Numbered from the stretch's first letter, positions 20,490-30,942 are shown. The stretch: DNA of 64,000 bases from Pseudanabaena sp. Salubria-1 (GCA_023336205.1 JALQCR010000035.1:2930-66929); one strand, 5' to 3'. Numbers and translations: made by a program. The notes: a model not told the origin generated them from the letters alone.

Positions 20490-21536
20490 GGGAGTGAAAA
20501 CCCCGTAGTGAAAGCAACTCCAGCATGGAAAGCGGTCGATGATATAACCCGATCGCCATAGCTGGAGTCTTGTTCTTTCCTAAGCCCATATGGGGTCTCA
20601 CCCAGTTGTGAACTAATCGTTGTACCGTAACTGTGCGTTGCAATCCTTCGGTATTCTTAGCATACAGGTTTTGTCTACGGCGATAAGCGCTACATCTCCT
20701 TCTCAAAGCACTGTTGTTGGATTCATTGTGATTGGCATGAACGTCACTCTTGTCGCTGATAGCAGTATAGGGATGCTCAGGTTTGAGCCATTCAACACGA
20801 CGATTTCCCTGTGAACCTTCGATTTTGATGGCAACTTCCAAGCCATGTCGCCATACTTTCCGATGTCCATACTCACGACTTACTTCGGTGGATTTGAGGT
20901 ATACACTTGCCATTTGCCACAATTGTTGGGCATATCTCCTTTCTCCATCGGTAAACCATCGGATATACTGACTCATTTTTGCCCATGGCACTGCTGTTTT
21001 TGTGGCTTTAGCAAATAGTTCAGTATCTTTGAGTCCTGCCCTGGCAACAATCCAATAGCGACTTTTACGTTCGATGAATGTCACTGTCCACCCTTTTGAT
21101 TTTGAGGGGGGGGGAAGGTTCTCGCCTACGCGAGTGTAAACCTCATCTCCCTCGACTGTTATATCTGCTTCTGCTGGGGCTGGGGGACTCCATTGCTCTG
21201 ACTGGGCTGCCAATTTTTGCTCCCATCTCATGATGCTTGTATGAGATTTTTCCAGTACTCTCCCACTCCCTCTGATTCCCATCCCCTCACTCCTCATCTT
21301 CAGTGCAAACGAAACTATACTTGCTGGTGTTCTCATCCTTGACATTGCGGTTCCTGTACGTTCGTTGAACCTTTTGCCACACCCTTTGCATAAATAATTC
21401 TGGACAGCTTAGCCATCTTGGTGGTAGTCTCTGCCATTCTTGACGATCTTAGGGCTTTGACAATGCGGGCATTTCATACCTTTCTCCTTCACTCTCCTCC
21501 TCTATTTTATACCTCACGCCTTAACTGACCAGTGCC
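20467..21536 (-). mobile_element. IS1-family element with perfect 16-bp TIRs; no target duplication
   Basis: GGCACTGGTCAGTTAA at 20467-20482; its reverse complement at 21521-21536. Flanks differ. Confidence 0.88.
20479..21477 (-). pseudogene. IS1-family transposase with a premature stop at codon 23
   Basis: MKCPHCQSPKIVKNGRDYHQDG*AVQNYLCKGCGKRF continues in frame into the track ORF (EGDEVYTRVG...FTDGERRY...HANHNESNNSALRRR). Confidence 0.85.
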
Positions 21537-21649
21537 GATGCAATCGTGCTTTTTTCCTTGCTCTCCCATCATCAAAAAATGCGCTTCTCGTCCAACCAAG
21601 GGCAACAAAGACAACCCTAATTCCTAATCCTAAATATTCTCCTTTGCAT

Positions 21650-23123
21650 GGGTGTAATTAAAAGTGAAATGGGAGAAATAAAGTAGGTTAGAAAGTATGA
21701 TGGATAACAGTTCTAATCCAAAGAAGTCATAAAATTGAGCCGTGAATATAAAAACAAAAACAGCATCGTCCAGTAAAAGCATAGAAGAAAGACTAAACGA
21801 TTATCCTGAATTGAAAGCGAAAATCGAAGGATTATTATCCGTTGTAGAAAATGCAGAAGGTGATCTAATCAAAGCCGACGCAGCCGAGGAACGAGTGATA
21901 GAAGAAATCCGTCAGTTAGGACAAACAGCACTACAAACATGGGCAACGCGGCAAGAAATCAAGCAAAGCGAAGCATATATCGCCGCGAATCCATCTTCAC
22001 ACCGAGGTGGTAAAAAAAACTCTATTGGTACAGCCGATATGGACGCATCGAAGTACTAGAGCAAAGGTACATCGAATTTGGAAGAGAGTCCAAACAGGTA
22101 GTGAGACCATTTCAAAAAGCCGCCGAAGTACATTGCCGAGGATATTCACGCCCATTGCAGAGAGTGATTACCGACTTTGGGTCAGATGTAGCGTTTGGGA
22201 AAATCCCAAAAAAAATGATGGAACATCATGGAATAAGCATCCCAATTAGTGCAGGACAGGAGATCACAGAAAGTCATGCCCAGCGTATATTAGAAACGCA
22301 GAGTTGGGAAACAGGATTCCCAGCAATCGAGGGTGTGGAGTTTTTAATAGCGGAGATGGATGGGACAATGATTCCGATTGTGGAAACAACGGCAAGCGAA
22401 ACTGATGGCGAAGAAGTTGACCGTCGTAAGACGCGTAAAATTAGCTGGAAAGAAGCGCGTCTAACCTCGGCGCGTACCCCTGAGCAAGAGCAGCCTATTT
22501 TCGGAGCAACGATAGGCTCGACTGATGATGCAGGAGCAGCATTACTTGATTGTGCTATCCGTGCTGGATTGGGAGAAGAAACCTTTGTGCATGGGGTTGG
22601 CGACGGTGCGCCTTGGATTGCTAGCCAAATCGAGCAGCGTTTTGGTGTACTTAGTCGCTACTTACTAGATTTCTATCATGTATGTGAATATCTAGCCGAT
22701 GCAAGTCGCGTTTGTTCCCCAGATGCTCCGAAAGCATGGATGGATGTGCAGAAGCAACAACTCAAATCCAATCATGCTTCGGCTGTCCTTGAAGCTCTTA
22801 AGCCGTTTCAAGAACCTGAATCTGTTCCTGACAATCTGGCTGTGGTTAGATCCGCTTATCGCTATCTTTTCAATCGTCCTAATCGTCTAGACTATCAGGG
22901 CACGATTGACTCCAATTTACCCATTGGCTCTGGTGAAATTGAGAGTGGTCACCGCTATGTTATTCAAAATCGTTTAAAGCTTGCTGGCTCTTGGTGGACG
23001 ATTGAAAATGCTAAGGCTATGCTTGCTCTTAGGATCTGCCGTACTAATCAAGATTGGGATGCTTATTGGCTTAATCTTTCTTCCATTTCTTATTGAGCTG
23101 AACTTTCACTTTTAATTGCACCC
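21650..23123 (+). mobile_element. ISKra4/ISLre2-like insertion sequence, intact
   Basis: TIRs GGGTG(T/C)AATTAAAAGTGAAA; 9-bp target duplication CCTTTGCAT at 21641-21649 and 23124-23132. Confidence 0.92.
21742..23096 (+). CDS. ISKra4-family (UPF0236-like) DDE transposase, with a -1 frameshift joining the two ORFs
   Basis: A8 run at 22012-22019; the -1 frame reads LYWYSRYGRIEVLEQ... into the second ORF (EMDGTMIP, VGDGAPWI, DFYHVCEYL, PIGSGEIESGHR). Confidence 0.85.
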
Positions 23124-23231
23124 CCTTTGCATTTCTTTGGATTAGCTCAGTTCTCCATTCTCTGAGTTGCTTTTTCCTTCTCTTTTTCTGATTTTCTTAA
23201 TCAACTTCGCCTAAACTCCAGCAAAATGAAG

Positions 23232-23249
23232 GAATCGTTGTCGTACCCC
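23232..23249 (-). repeat. Orphan Tn3-family terminal repeat remnant
   Basis: Minus strand reads GGGGTACGACAACGATTC, near-identical to the ends of the 55167-56222 element. Confidence 0.65.
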
Positions 23250-23638
23250 AGTTTGGCGATCGCTTCCCCCTCTAACCTTTTTTTTACAAAATTTTATTGC
23301 CAGATCCATCGGTAGAGAAAGGCAGAACTTGCCCGACCCGCTTTGGATGACGGCAATCTCATAGAGAAGCAAGACGGTCGTTACATTTTATGCTTAACTT
23401 GCTCCTTATCCGATGAATAGCTTTTTTTTGCCTTTTTTTAAAATTTTCCAAGTATTATGTAATTTAATGATATATGTATTACAAGGAATAGAAAGCAATT
23501 TAAATCTACTTAAAGTATTAAGTTGCTCATTCAGAGCTTTTTGTTTTATCCAAAGCAGAAAGCATATATCTGTACCAACTGTATTAGATTACTTTGGTTT
23601 TTACAAAAAATCAAAGTAAGGGAGGGAACTTTTTTACT

Positions 23639-25606
23639 ATGTCATCAAAACAAGATTGGGTTAATTTCGCGCTACAACGTCCAAACTATTTCCCTGGACA
23701 GTATTTATTAGATGAAGATTTTGAACTTGCCCACCGCTATCTTAGCGATCGCCAACGATATGTCAACAGTCGATTACATTTAGCAGGCATTGTTGAAGGG
23801 CTTGAGGTGAATGCAATCGCAGGGCAGCCTGAGGTTAGCATTAAGTCGGGAACAGCCATCGACGGAGAAGGGAATTTAATTATCCTCAACGAAGCTGTGA
23901 CCAGAAAAATTAATAGTTTGGGCTGGCTATGTCTCCGTTATCACCAAGAACCCAAACTATTACAACAGCCAGAAATTCCAGATAGTTATACGCGCTTTGA
24001 AGAGACACCTCTTATCACTCTAGAAGCCATTCAATCCGATGATGCCAAAACGATCACATTGGCTAAGGTAATGCTTGTAGATGAACAAGTAATAATTGAC
24101 TCAAGTGTGCGTCAATATTCTGGCGTGCGTCTTCCTGGATCTGATGAAGATATCACTCTCCGCAGTGATGGAAAGGACTTGGGCATTAAAGGCAATTTGA
24201 CGGTGGCAGGTACGTTGCAATTGGGAGATACCCTCATTGAAGGGATTTCCCAGAGCATTCCCGCAGGAGCAGATCGCTCTAATGTCATCCCCTCAGAAAG
24301 GGCGGTCAAAGACCATATTGCAGCAGCTCTAGCTAATGCAGGCAAACCTACGGGAGAAGCCCCCCCCGTTCGTCTTGCTGAGAAAGATGGCAAAATGGTG
24401 GGTTGGAAGATTAAGGGTTCAGAAGAAGAAAATGACCCGACGGCTCTTCTAAGATTGCTTGCTTCGGAGGATGGAGTTGAAAAGCCTCGTTTGACCATCG
24501 AACGGGCTACTGGAAAAGTCATAGTCCATGAAACACTTCGGGCCAACCATCTGGAGATAATCAACCCGATGCGCCATCGGATGTATCCTGCTGGTTCCAC
24601 TGATCCCCAAAATCCGACTATATATCAAGACATTTTTGCTGCTGAAAAGGCAGGAGTGATCACTAAGTCAAATGATCTCCCTAATACCTCCTATGACAAT
24701 ACAACTTGGAAGGTAAAAGGGAGTTATGGGTGGCGTGAGGCGATTCGTTATGGCGTAGGTAAAGAGGACATTGGAGGCGCAATCGTTAAGATTCCCTCTG
24801 GCTACGACACTGTTTGGGTGAGGCTCGCCAATGCTCACGAGTGGCATATTGTGAATGCTCAGTTTTCCACAGATGGTCAAGTATTCCGAAATTTGGGCAA
24901 TTGGACAGGAGGACTCAGAAATGGCAATTGCTATTGTCCAGATGGGTCATTGGGGGACTCATCTCGACCCTATCACCAGTGGCTGCCAATTCCCGTAGGT
25001 CAGTCGGGGCAAGTGAAGCTAATTCATAAAGGTGATAATGGAAAGTGGTTTATGCTATCAGGGGTTGCCTTTAGCCAAAATCCATGGGGTCATGCAACTC
25101 AATCGGCACTAGGTTATCACTGGGCAGATCGCGTAAATCAAGGAGATCCTGTGCCATGGGACAAGCAAGATTATAACGGTGATATCTTAGCGTGCTTCGA
25201 TAATCTCATGGCTTACGAAATTAGAGTTCCCGTTGTTCCTTCTAGCCGGGATAAGTTGTTGTATCTGATTGAACATAATGCTAGTTGGAATGGATGTTTA
25301 CATACTGGGCTTTCGATCAAAATCGGGGACACCTATCAACCGATTGAACGCTTTCTTGCCAGCTATGACAATCCTTTTGCGAGGCATTGGAATAGTAAGG
25401 CAAATAACCGTTATATTGCGGCGCGTATTCCCGTCGATATGATTACCAAGGCATTAAACCTTACTAATTCAAGAGATCGGATGACCCAACTGATCAGCAT
25501 TAAGGTCGATCTAACCCTACAAGGGGAAGAACGTGACAAATTTGAGGACAGGATCTATTTTCGTGAAATTGGCACTCATGATCTAGAACTTCCCTATTTT
25601 ATCTAA
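23639..25606 (+). CDS. eCIS tail-fibre-like protein (phage-type attachment N-terminus, variable C-terminal domain)
   Basis: RPNYFPGQYLLDEDF...HLAGIVEGLEV...IKSGTAIDGEG N-terminal motif. The track start is 23594; ATG at 23639 is more likely. Confidence 0.65.
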   Translation: MSSKQDWVNFALQRPNYFPGQYLLDEDFELAHRYLSDRQRYVNSRLHLAGIVEGLEVNAIAGQPEVSIKSGTAIDGEGNLIILNEAVTRKINSLGWLCLRYHQEPKLLQQPEIPDSYTRFEETPLITLEAIQSDDAKTITLAKVMLVDEQVIIDSSVRQYSGVRLPGSDEDITLRSDGKDLGIKGNLTVAGTLQLGDTLIEGISQSIPAGADRSNVIPSERAVKDHIAAALANAGKPTGEAPPVRLAEKDGKMVGWKIKGSEEENDPTALLRLLASEDGVEKPRLTIERATGKVIVHETLRANHLEIINPMRHRMYPAGSTDPQNPTIYQDIFAAEKAGVITKSNDLPNTSYDNTTWKVKGSYGWREAIRYGVGKEDIGGAIVKIPSGYDTVWVRLANAHEWHIVNAQFSTDGQVFRNLGNWTGGLRNGNCYCPDGSLGDSSRPYHQWLPIPVGQSGQVKLIHKGDNGKWFMLSGVAFSQNPWGHATQSALGYHWADRVNQGDPVPWDKQDYNGDILACFDNLMAYEIRVPVVPSSRDKLLYLIEHNASWNGCLHTGLSIKIGDTYQPIERFLASYDNPFARHWNSKANNRYIAARIPVDMITKALNLTNSRDRMTQLISIKVDLTLQGEERDKFEDRIYFREIGTHDLELPYFI

Positions 25607-25648
25607 TGATTATTCCCGCTTGATTTTCACTATGTCAGGTATTTTCCT

Positions 25649-25861
25649 ATGCAAGAACAATTGCAAAAACGACTTCAATCTCTAAAAGCTGAATATGAAG
25701 CAGGGCAGCAAGTCTTGGCAAATTTAGAAGCTAAAAAGTCGAGCTTGCGTGAGACTTTGATTCGGATTAGCGGGGCTATTCAAGTGTTGGAGGAAGAATT
25801 GGCGATTGTGACTGAGAGCGGGAATGAGCAACCCACCGAACCTTTAGCCAAGGAGGAATAA
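25649..25861 (+). CDS. Small coiled-coil eCIS-associated protein
   Basis: 70 aa with heptad pattern, ending LIRISGAIQVLEEEL. Confidence 0.7.
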   Translation: MQEQLQKRLQSLKAEYEAGQQVLANLEAKKSSLRETLIRISGAIQVLEEELAIVTESGNEQPTEPLAKEE

Positions 25862-25865
25862 CTAA

Positions 25866-26447
25866 ATGTTAGACGACTTGGACAGTACCCTCAAAAAGTT
25901 TCTGATTCATAAACTGCCAGATTTACAAAATTCGGCGGAAACAAGTGTTTCCATTAGTTTTGAACTGCCAACAGAAGGAGGGATGCAGCAAAAGCCCGCA
26001 ATTAATCTTTTTCTCTATGATGTGCGAGAAAATTTAGAATTGCGGAGTCGAGAATGGACGATGCAACGTCGTGACAATGGCACGGCTGTTAAAACCCAAC
26101 CTCCAGCAAGGATAGATTGTTCCTATCTAATTACCGTCTGGGTAAATGCTGATGATCCGCAACAAGAACACCATATCTTGAGCAAAATCATGAAATTGCT
26201 GTTAACTCATTCAGTTATACCTCCCGAAATGTTGCAGGGCAGTTTACAAGACCAAGAATTGCCAGTGGTGCTAACTGCTATGCAGTCTGGCTATTTGCAA
26301 AGTCCAAGTGAATTTTGGCAAGTAATGGGTGGAAAGGCTAAAGTTTCGTTACATTGGACTGTCACCATTGCTATACCGATTGAGAAAGATACTGGAGAAT
26401 TTCCTCTGGTCTTGGAAAATGTTCCTCGACTCTCACGGCTGTCCTAA
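25866..26447 (+). CDS. eCIS cap/terminator (DUF4255, Afp16/Pvc16-like)
   Basis: MLDDLDSTL...INLFLYDVRENLELR...PARIDCSYLITVW motifs. Confidence 0.88.
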   Translation: MLDDLDSTLKKFLIHKLPDLQNSAETSVSISFELPTEGGMQQKPAINLFLYDVRENLELRSREWTMQRRDNGTAVKTQPPARIDCSYLITVWVNADDPQQEHHILSKIMKLLLTHSVIPPEMLQGSLQDQELPVVLTAMQSGYLQSPSEFWQVMGGKAKVSLHWTVTIAIPIEKDTGEFPLVLENVPRLSRLS

Positions 26448-26591
26448 TTTCACCCTGTCATGGGTTTCATTTTGCTTACTGCAAAGTGAAACCCGCAAAA
26501 ACTGAATGGGATTGATTTTTTGTTTTCAAATGAGCAAATACTCATTTGAAAGCTGCTATAAGTCCACAATTTTAATGGTCATTAAGCCCAG

Positions 26592-27479
26592 ATGTTAAAG
26601 CAAAAACGCCGCCATCAAGTTGCATTAGCAGGACAAGTAATCAATGCTCTCACTGGTGATGCGATCGCGGGGGCAAGGATAAAAATCGTTCAGGCTCCAG
26701 ATCAATTTATTGATGTTGTGATTTTCAAGGCTCAGCTCTTCGGATTACCCGAAAGTTTATGGGTAAAGCAGTCATACTCAAGAATACTGAATGCTCCTCT
26801 TGAATATTTATCACCAAAAATTCAAGAGTTTCACGAAGGAATAATCGATCCCAAAATCAATAATAGAGAGAAACTAGAGACATTCAAAATACTAATTGCC
26901 GATCCTTCTCTAAATAATCGCCAAAAGTTTCAAGCATTACAGAATATTCTGGATTATTTTCAATCCGATAAACTTATAAATGCTGAATATCCAGAGCGAA
27001 AGTATTCCACTTTAGATGGTTGGTTTTATTTTACTGATTTGCCAACAGGATCTTATCAATTAGAAGTGTCACTTCCTATTGCTGGAATGCGTTATGCAAA
27101 TACTTCAATTGAGGTGAAAATCCTTGACATAAAAAATAATGTTGAATTGGATCCAAATACTTCTTTTTCTGATAGACTAAAACTAGTTCTAAAACTCAAT
27201 CCAACAACAGTTTTTGGAAAGGTCACTGATTCAATAACTAATGAATTAATTGACATGGCAAAAGTCGAAGTTTATCAAAATGAAGACTATGCTATTAGTT
27301 CAAGAACAGTTAATCAAAACGGGGCGGGGAAATGGAATTATCGTTTAGTTGCGGTAGAGCCAAATAAGCCTTTTACAACTTTAATAGTATCGGCTCGAGG
27401 CTATATAACCCAACGGCACGAAGTCTATTTACAGAAAGGAGATATTAAACAACTTGATTTTCAGTTAGTTTCTCTGTGA
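26592..27479 (+). CDS. eCIS accessory protein with carboxypeptidase-regulatory-like (Ig-like) domains
   Basis: LAGQVINALTGDAIAGARIKI; DGWFYFTDLPTGSYQLEVS; VFGKVTDSITNELI; SARGY. Confidence 0.65.
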   Translation: MLKQKRRHQVALAGQVINALTGDAIAGARIKIVQAPDQFIDVVIFKAQLFGLPESLWVKQSYSRILNAPLEYLSPKIQEFHEGIIDPKINNREKLETFKILIADPSLNNRQKFQALQNILDYFQSDKLINAEYPERKYSTLDGWFYFTDLPTGSYQLEVSLPIAGMRYANTSIEVKILDIKNNVELDPNTSFSDRLKLVLKLNPTTVFGKVTDSITNELIDMAKVEVYQNEDYAISSRTVNQNGAGKWNYRLVAVEPNKPFTTLIVSARGYITQRHEVYLQKGDIKQLDFQLVSL

Positions 27480-27539
27480 TCGTTGATTTAGTTTTGTGTA
27501 ATCAATCATTACCAGTTTCAGGTAAAGGAATAAATAAGA

Positions 27540-28859
27540 ATGCCTACCTATTTATCGCCGGGTGTCTACGTAGAAGAAGTTGCTTCTGGTCTGGCTCCTA
27601 TAGCAGGAGTCGGCACAAGCACAGCTGGATTTATTGGAATTGTTGCACTTGCTGCTCCATTGCCTGCACCGACTAGAACAAAGTCGAAGAAAGAGCAGCC
27701 TGATGGCGAGGATTTAACAGCCCCTGTTTCACCAACAGTAGAACAAAATTCTCTTGCTAAGAAAGGAGATTTTATTAGTGGAGATGATCAATATTCAGTT
27801 GTCCTGCAAGATCAAAAGAAAGCTGAGGATGCTGTTGTACTTGCCACATCTATCAAGGTAGGTGAAGTCAAGCTTTGCACAAACTTCAGTGAATTCAAGA
27901 AATATTTTGGGGATTTCTCTACTAATCCCAGTCACAATGTTCTTGCCCATGCAGTCTATGGCTTTTTTAGGAATGGCGGAACACGCTGTTTCGTTACTTG
28001 GGTCAAAGCCGAAAAAGATATTGATGTTTCCCTAGAACGATTTGAAGCAATTGATGAAATTGCGATCGTTGCTGCTCCGGGAGTAACCACAAAATCGACT
28101 CTTGCCAAGATTGACATTCACTGTCGTTTATTAGGCGATCGCTTTGCTATTTTGGATACTGAAGAAGAACTTGAAGTAGATCAAGAGCAACTCGCACCTG
28201 GCGGCCCCAAAATATTGGGTAACTCTGACTACGCAGCAGTATACTTTCCTTGGATTCAAGTCTTCGATCCCATCACCAACGCACCGAAATTTGTACCACC
28301 TAGTGGCTATATTGCGGGGATTTATGCCCGTGTCGATAATCATCGTGGAGTCCACAAAGCCCCTGCTAATGAGCCTGTATTGGGTGCAGTAGGATTGAAG
28401 CAAGAAATTAGCAAAATTAAACAAGAACCCCTAAACCAAATGGGGATTAACTGCATCCGCAATCTTAACGGCAATATCCGCGTTTGGGGAGCAAGAACTC
28501 TAGGGGCTGGCAAAGATAATCCCGACTTTAAATACATCAATATTCGGAGACAGTTCAACTATATCCGTGAGTCGATTGATGAAGGGACACAGTGGACAGT
28601 CTTTGAACCCAACACCCCAGAACTTTGGGCGAGAATTCGCCGTAATATTTCTGCATTTCTAACTAATGAATGGCGTAAAGGAGCCTTATTTGGTACAACT
28701 CCCCAAGAAGCCTTTTTTGTTAAATGTGACTCTGAAACCAACCCAATTGACGTACGGAAATTGGGACAGGTCGTAACAGAAATTGGTGTTGCTGTTATTG
28801 AACCTGCCGAATTTGTGATTTTCCGTATTACACAAATCGTGACAGAAGAAAAAGCTTAA
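27540..28859 (+). CDS. Contractile tail sheath protein 1
   Basis: MPTYLSPGVYVEEV; VHKAPANE; IRVWGARTL; FFVKCD; EPAEFVIFRI. Confidence 0.96.
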   Translation: MPTYLSPGVYVEEVASGLAPIAGVGTSTAGFIGIVALAAPLPAPTRTKSKKEQPDGEDLTAPVSPTVEQNSLAKKGDFISGDDQYSVVLQDQKKAEDAVVLATSIKVGEVKLCTNFSEFKKYFGDFSTNPSHNVLAHAVYGFFRNGGTRCFVTWVKAEKDIDVSLERFEAIDEIAIVAAPGVTTKSTLAKIDIHCRLLGDRFAILDTEEELEVDQEQLAPGGPKILGNSDYAAVYFPWIQVFDPITNAPKFVPPSGYIAGIYARVDNHRGVHKAPANEPVLGAVGLKQEISKIKQEPLNQMGINCIRNLNGNIRVWGARTLGAGKDNPDFKYINIRRQFNYIRESIDEGTQWTVFEPNTPELWARIRRNISAFLTNEWRKGALFGTTPQEAFFVKCDSETNPIDVRKLGQVVTEIGVAVIEPAEFVIFRITQIVTEEKA

Positions 28860-28902
28860 AGCTAAACAAAACGCCCATACTTATCACGGGAAAGATTGAC
28901 GA

Positions 28903-30081
28903 GTGAGTCCCTTTAATTCTCCCTATCCAACGCTAACTGCTCCAGGGGTAATCCTTCAGGATATTGCCTTAATTCCGAGAGATGCCTTAATGACTGGCGT
29001 GCCAATATTTTTGGGTGTCACTCAATCTCATGGCAATCAAATGCTTGAGGTTCCTTCAAATCCCCAAATGCTCACTCTCTGGCCACAGTTCTTACAACAA
29101 TTTGCAAGATATGCAGTAAGTGATTACTTCACCCATGCGATCAGGGGCTTTTTTGAAAATGGTGGGCGTTTATGTTATGTCTTGCTGTTACCGAATGCTT
29201 TCCAAAATGATACTTCTTTCTCTTTGACAATGGACACCCTTGGTCAGGGGCTACAAACCATTGAAGCTCTGAATACTATTGATCTCATTTGTGTGCCTGA
29301 CATCATGCAATTGACTTCAATCAGTGAGATCATGCAGTTACAAGCCTTAGTGCTTGAACACTGCGATCGTATGGGCGATCGCTTTGCGATTCTAGATAGC
29401 CTTAACACCGCTAATCTGGTAGAAATCAATCAACAGCGACAACAGCTCGTTGGCAATAACGGCGCAATTTATGGGTCTTGGATTATGGTTGAAACACTTT
29501 CAGTTCCTATTCCACCCTGTGGACATATCGCTGGGATTTATGCCCAAAATGATCGAGAAAGTGGTGTGCATCGCTCTCCAGCTAACTATGTACTCAAGGG
29601 TGTTCTAGACATTAATGTTGCCTTGTCGGCTTCAGATTGGCAAAGTCTTAATATCGAACATGGTGCTGGAGTGAACTGGATTCATAGTTTTAAGAGTCGA
29701 GGTATTCGCGTTTGGGGAGCGAGAACTGTTAGTCAGGTTCCAGGCTGGCAATATGTGAATGTTCGTCGTTTAATTATCACTGTTTTACGATGGGCTGAAC
29801 ATAATTTGATGGGAATTGTGTTTGAACCCAATGAAACAACACTATGGACTCGGATCGCACGCGAACTGACCGTTTACTGTGAATCACTTTGGCAAAAAGG
29901 TGCACTTCAAGGTCAAGAACCAGAAGAAGCTTTTTATGTCAAATGTGATGAGGAAACCAACCCTTTAGAGGTTCGTAATGCAGGGCAAGTTGTGGCGGAA
30001 GTAGGTCTATCACCGACAACCCCCGCAGAGTTTATTGTTATTTCCCTGATTCATGGGAGTAGCGGTATTACATTTGCCTAG
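28903..30081 (+). CDS. Contractile tail sheath protein 2
   Basis: APGVILQD; GFFENGG; GIRVWGART; YVNVRRL; PAEFIVI. Confidence 0.95.
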   Translation: MSPFNSPYPTLTAPGVILQDIALIPRDALMTGVPIFLGVTQSHGNQMLEVPSNPQMLTLWPQFLQQFARYAVSDYFTHAIRGFFENGGRLCYVLLLPNAFQNDTSFSLTMDTLGQGLQTIEALNTIDLICVPDIMQLTSISEIMQLQALVLEHCDRMGDRFAILDSLNTANLVEINQQRQQLVGNNGAIYGSWIMVETLSVPIPPCGHIAGIYAQNDRESGVHRSPANYVLKGVLDINVALSASDWQSLNIEHGAGVNWIHSFKSRGIRVWGARTVSQVPGWQYVNVRRLIITVLRWAEHNLMGIVFEPNETTLWTRIARELTVYCESLWQKGALQGQEPEEAFYVKCDEETNPLEVRNAGQVVAEVGLSPTTPAEFIVISLIHGSSGITFA

Positions 30082-30127
30082 ACTGTTATTGATTGTTCAC
30101 TTATTTTACTAAGGGAGAATAGATTCC

Positions 30128-30568
30128 ATGCCGAATATTAAAGATACCCATGATCCTTATAACAGTTATAACTTTTGGGTTGAATGGGATGGCATTGTCC
30201 ATGCTGGATTTCGCGAATGTAGTGGTTTAACAGGAACTCGGACTGCTAGTACCTATCGTGAGGGGACAGATAAAAACTTGGCTCAACGTCAACTTCCAGG
30301 TTTGAATAGCTTCGGCAACATTAGCTTGAAACGGGGCTTTACAGATAATGATGAGTTGTGGAAGTGGCATCGACAATTGCTTGATGGTGAGCCAGAAAGG
30401 AAAAATGTTTCGATTATCTTGGCAGATGATAAAGGCGAGGAAAAAATTCGTTGGAATTTGGAGAACTGCTGGCCGACTAATTGGAATGGGCCTGAATTTA
30501 ATGCGACGGGTAGTGAAGTGGCGATCGAGTCATTAGAACTAGTTCACGAAGGCGTAACTGTTGGTTAA
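30128..30568 (+). CDS. Tail tube protein (T4 gp19-like) 1
   Basis: DPYNSYNFWVEWDGI..AGFRECSGL; NISLKRG; WPTNWNGPEFNATGSEVAIESLELVHEG. Confidence 0.96.
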   Translation: MPNIKDTHDPYNSYNFWVEWDGIVHAGFRECSGLTGTRTASTYREGTDKNLAQRQLPGLNSFGNISLKRGFTDNDELWKWHRQLLDGEPERKNVSIILADDKGEEKIRWNLENCWPTNWNGPEFNATGSEVAIESLELVHEGVTVG

Positions 30569-30579
30569 TGAAGTAAAAA

Positions 30580-30942
30580 ATGTATCAAACTGAATTTCCA
30601 TTTACTTTGCCGCACGGCTATATTGACTCTGAAGGATGCTTGCATCGAGAGGGCGTTATGCGACTCTCCAGAGCTACAGATGAAATTACGCCACTCCGCG
30701 ATCCTAGAGTACAGAAAAATTCAGGGTATCTAGTGATTATTCTATTAGCAAGGGTAATCACTAGAATTGGTACGATTGAGCAACTCAACACTAAAATTAT
30801 AGAGGAGCTGTTTTCTGGTGATTTGGCATATCTTCAGGATTTTTACCAACGGATTAATCGAAACGGCCATACGAGATTTCGAGTTGCTTGTCCCCATTGC
30901 AACGGTGAATTTGAGGTAGAAACTGCCTCAGTGGGGGAGTAA
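30580..30942 (+). CDS. Putative tail assembly chaperone (lambda gpG-like position)
   Basis: FPFTLPHGYIDSEG.LHREGVMRL...DLAYLQDFYQRIN...CPHC; directly follows the tube gene. Confidence 0.8.
   Translation: MYQTEFPFTLPHGYIDSEGCLHREGVMRLSRATDEITPLRDPRVQKNSGYLVIILLARVITRIGTIEQLNTKIIEELFSGDLAYLQDFYQRINRNGHTRFRVACPHCNGEFEVETASVGE

Noticed and set aside
23413-23711. Short ORFs upstream of the eCIS
   Set aside because: Very AT-rich, Phe/Leu/Ile-biased chance frames; more likely the operon promoter region.
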